A stretch of 32,443 nucleotides of DNA, taken from positions 1 through 32,443 of the forward strand of contig JALGTT010000001.1 of NCBI GenBank assembly GCA_029821235.1, in the 5' to 3' direction. The notes under the pieces were generated by a model, which was given only the letters and a program-made list of their open reading frames with translations, did no database searches and was not told where the DNA came from. Below are positions 32,064 through 32,443 of this stretch, piece after piece; positions within the stretch are counted from its first letter, which is position 1; every line of letters starts with the position of its first letter. The DNA comes from Candidatus Hebobacteria bacterium. Its GTDB lineage: Bacteria; Armatimonadota; Hebobacteria; Hebobacterales; Hebobacteraceae. A program made the translations under genes and the position numbers.

Positions 32064-32443
32064 CTATCTCCAGCACACTATCTCCAGCAATTGCCGCAGG
32101 TCCGTGATGCGCGGGCAGTCCGCCTCCGGGTGGGCATTTCGCCGGTCCACCAGCACCGGCCGCAGGCCCGCCTTCCTCGCCGCCGTCACATCGTCATCAT
32201 AGTGATCGCCCACATGCCAGGCCGGGCAACCGCATTCCGCCGCGGCCCGCGCCGCCCGCGCGAACACCTCCCCCTCCGCCTTGATGCCGGCCGCGCCGAA
32301 GGCGTCTATCACCGGGTCGAAGTAATGCAGCACCCCGAGCATCTCCAGGTCCGGCCCCGCCTGCGGCCGGCCGGTGACGATGCCCAGCCGCGCGCCCGCC
32401 CCGGCCAGCCGCTCCAGCACCTCCTTCGCCTCCGGGTAGAGCC
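32064..32443 (-). CDS. HAD-superfamily hydrolase (N-terminus beyond window)
   Basis: The frame is open to the window edge. C-terminal HAD motifs are present (GIVTGRP; HVGDHYDDDVTAARKAGLRPVLV). Confidence 0.7.
   Translation of the reverse strand, partial: LYPEAKEVLERLAGAGARLGIVTGRPQAGPDLEMLGVLHYFDPVIDAFGAAGIKAEGEVFARAARAAAECGCPAWHVGDHYDDDVTAARKAGLRPVLVDRRNAHPEADCPRITDLRQLLEIVCWR

Noticed and set aside
1-32443. CRISPR arrays, tRNA or rRNA genes, integrases or transposases, and toxin-antitoxin or other defence-island signatures.
   Set aside because: I found no regularly spaced repeats, no cloverleaf-like segments in the intergenic regions, and no ORF with recombinase or nuclease motifs. The only repeats are the REP-like palindromes and the pilin paralogues reported above.

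Overview
This is a GC-rich bacterial chromosomal window with strongly GC3-biased codons. I found no rRNA, tRNA, CRISPR array, transposase or integrase. All family calls come from reading motifs by eye; no database search was possible.

The window falls into five blocks:
1. 1-2.2 kb: a hypothetical membrane protein, an MscS-family channel and a carbon-nitrogen hydrolase.
2. 2.3-12.25 kb, minus strand: an 11-gene type IV pilus operon. It encodes PilB, PilC, three pilins, PilX-, PilV- and PilW-like minor pilins, a fused PilM-PilN, PilO and a PilP-like protein. No secretin, prepilin peptidase or PilT lies in the window.
3. 12.25-14.4 kb: a 640-bp non-coding divergent region, then a GlpM-like membrane protein and a URO-D-family protein.
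4. 14.7-28.9 kb, plus strand: a 12-gene operon with a near-consensus promoter and a terminal hairpin. This is the most interesting part. It joins three input genes to a hydrogenase maturation protease and a complete Hyf-type (group 4) membrane-bound [NiFe]-hydrogenase with three antiporter-like subunits. The input genes are a formate-dehydrogenase-like molybdopterin protein that lacks the Cys/Sec Mo ligand, and homologues of the sulfhydrogenase/AsrAB beta and gamma (NAD(P)H/FAD) subunits. I read this as a candidate NAD(P)H- or formate-linked, ion-translocating hydrogenase, with an input module laid out like that of complex I.
5. 28.9-32.4 kb: a TrmH/SpoU methyltransferase, a PPC/DUF296 protein, a cluster of four REP-like GT[AG]G-headed palindromes, a NUDIX hydrolase, a second URO-D-family protein and a partial HAD hydrolase.

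The NuoH/HycD-like gene appears to carry a 1-nt frameshift near its 3' end. Many long Arg/Pro/Gly-rich ORFs in the six-frame track are antisense or out-of-frame artefacts of the high GC content.
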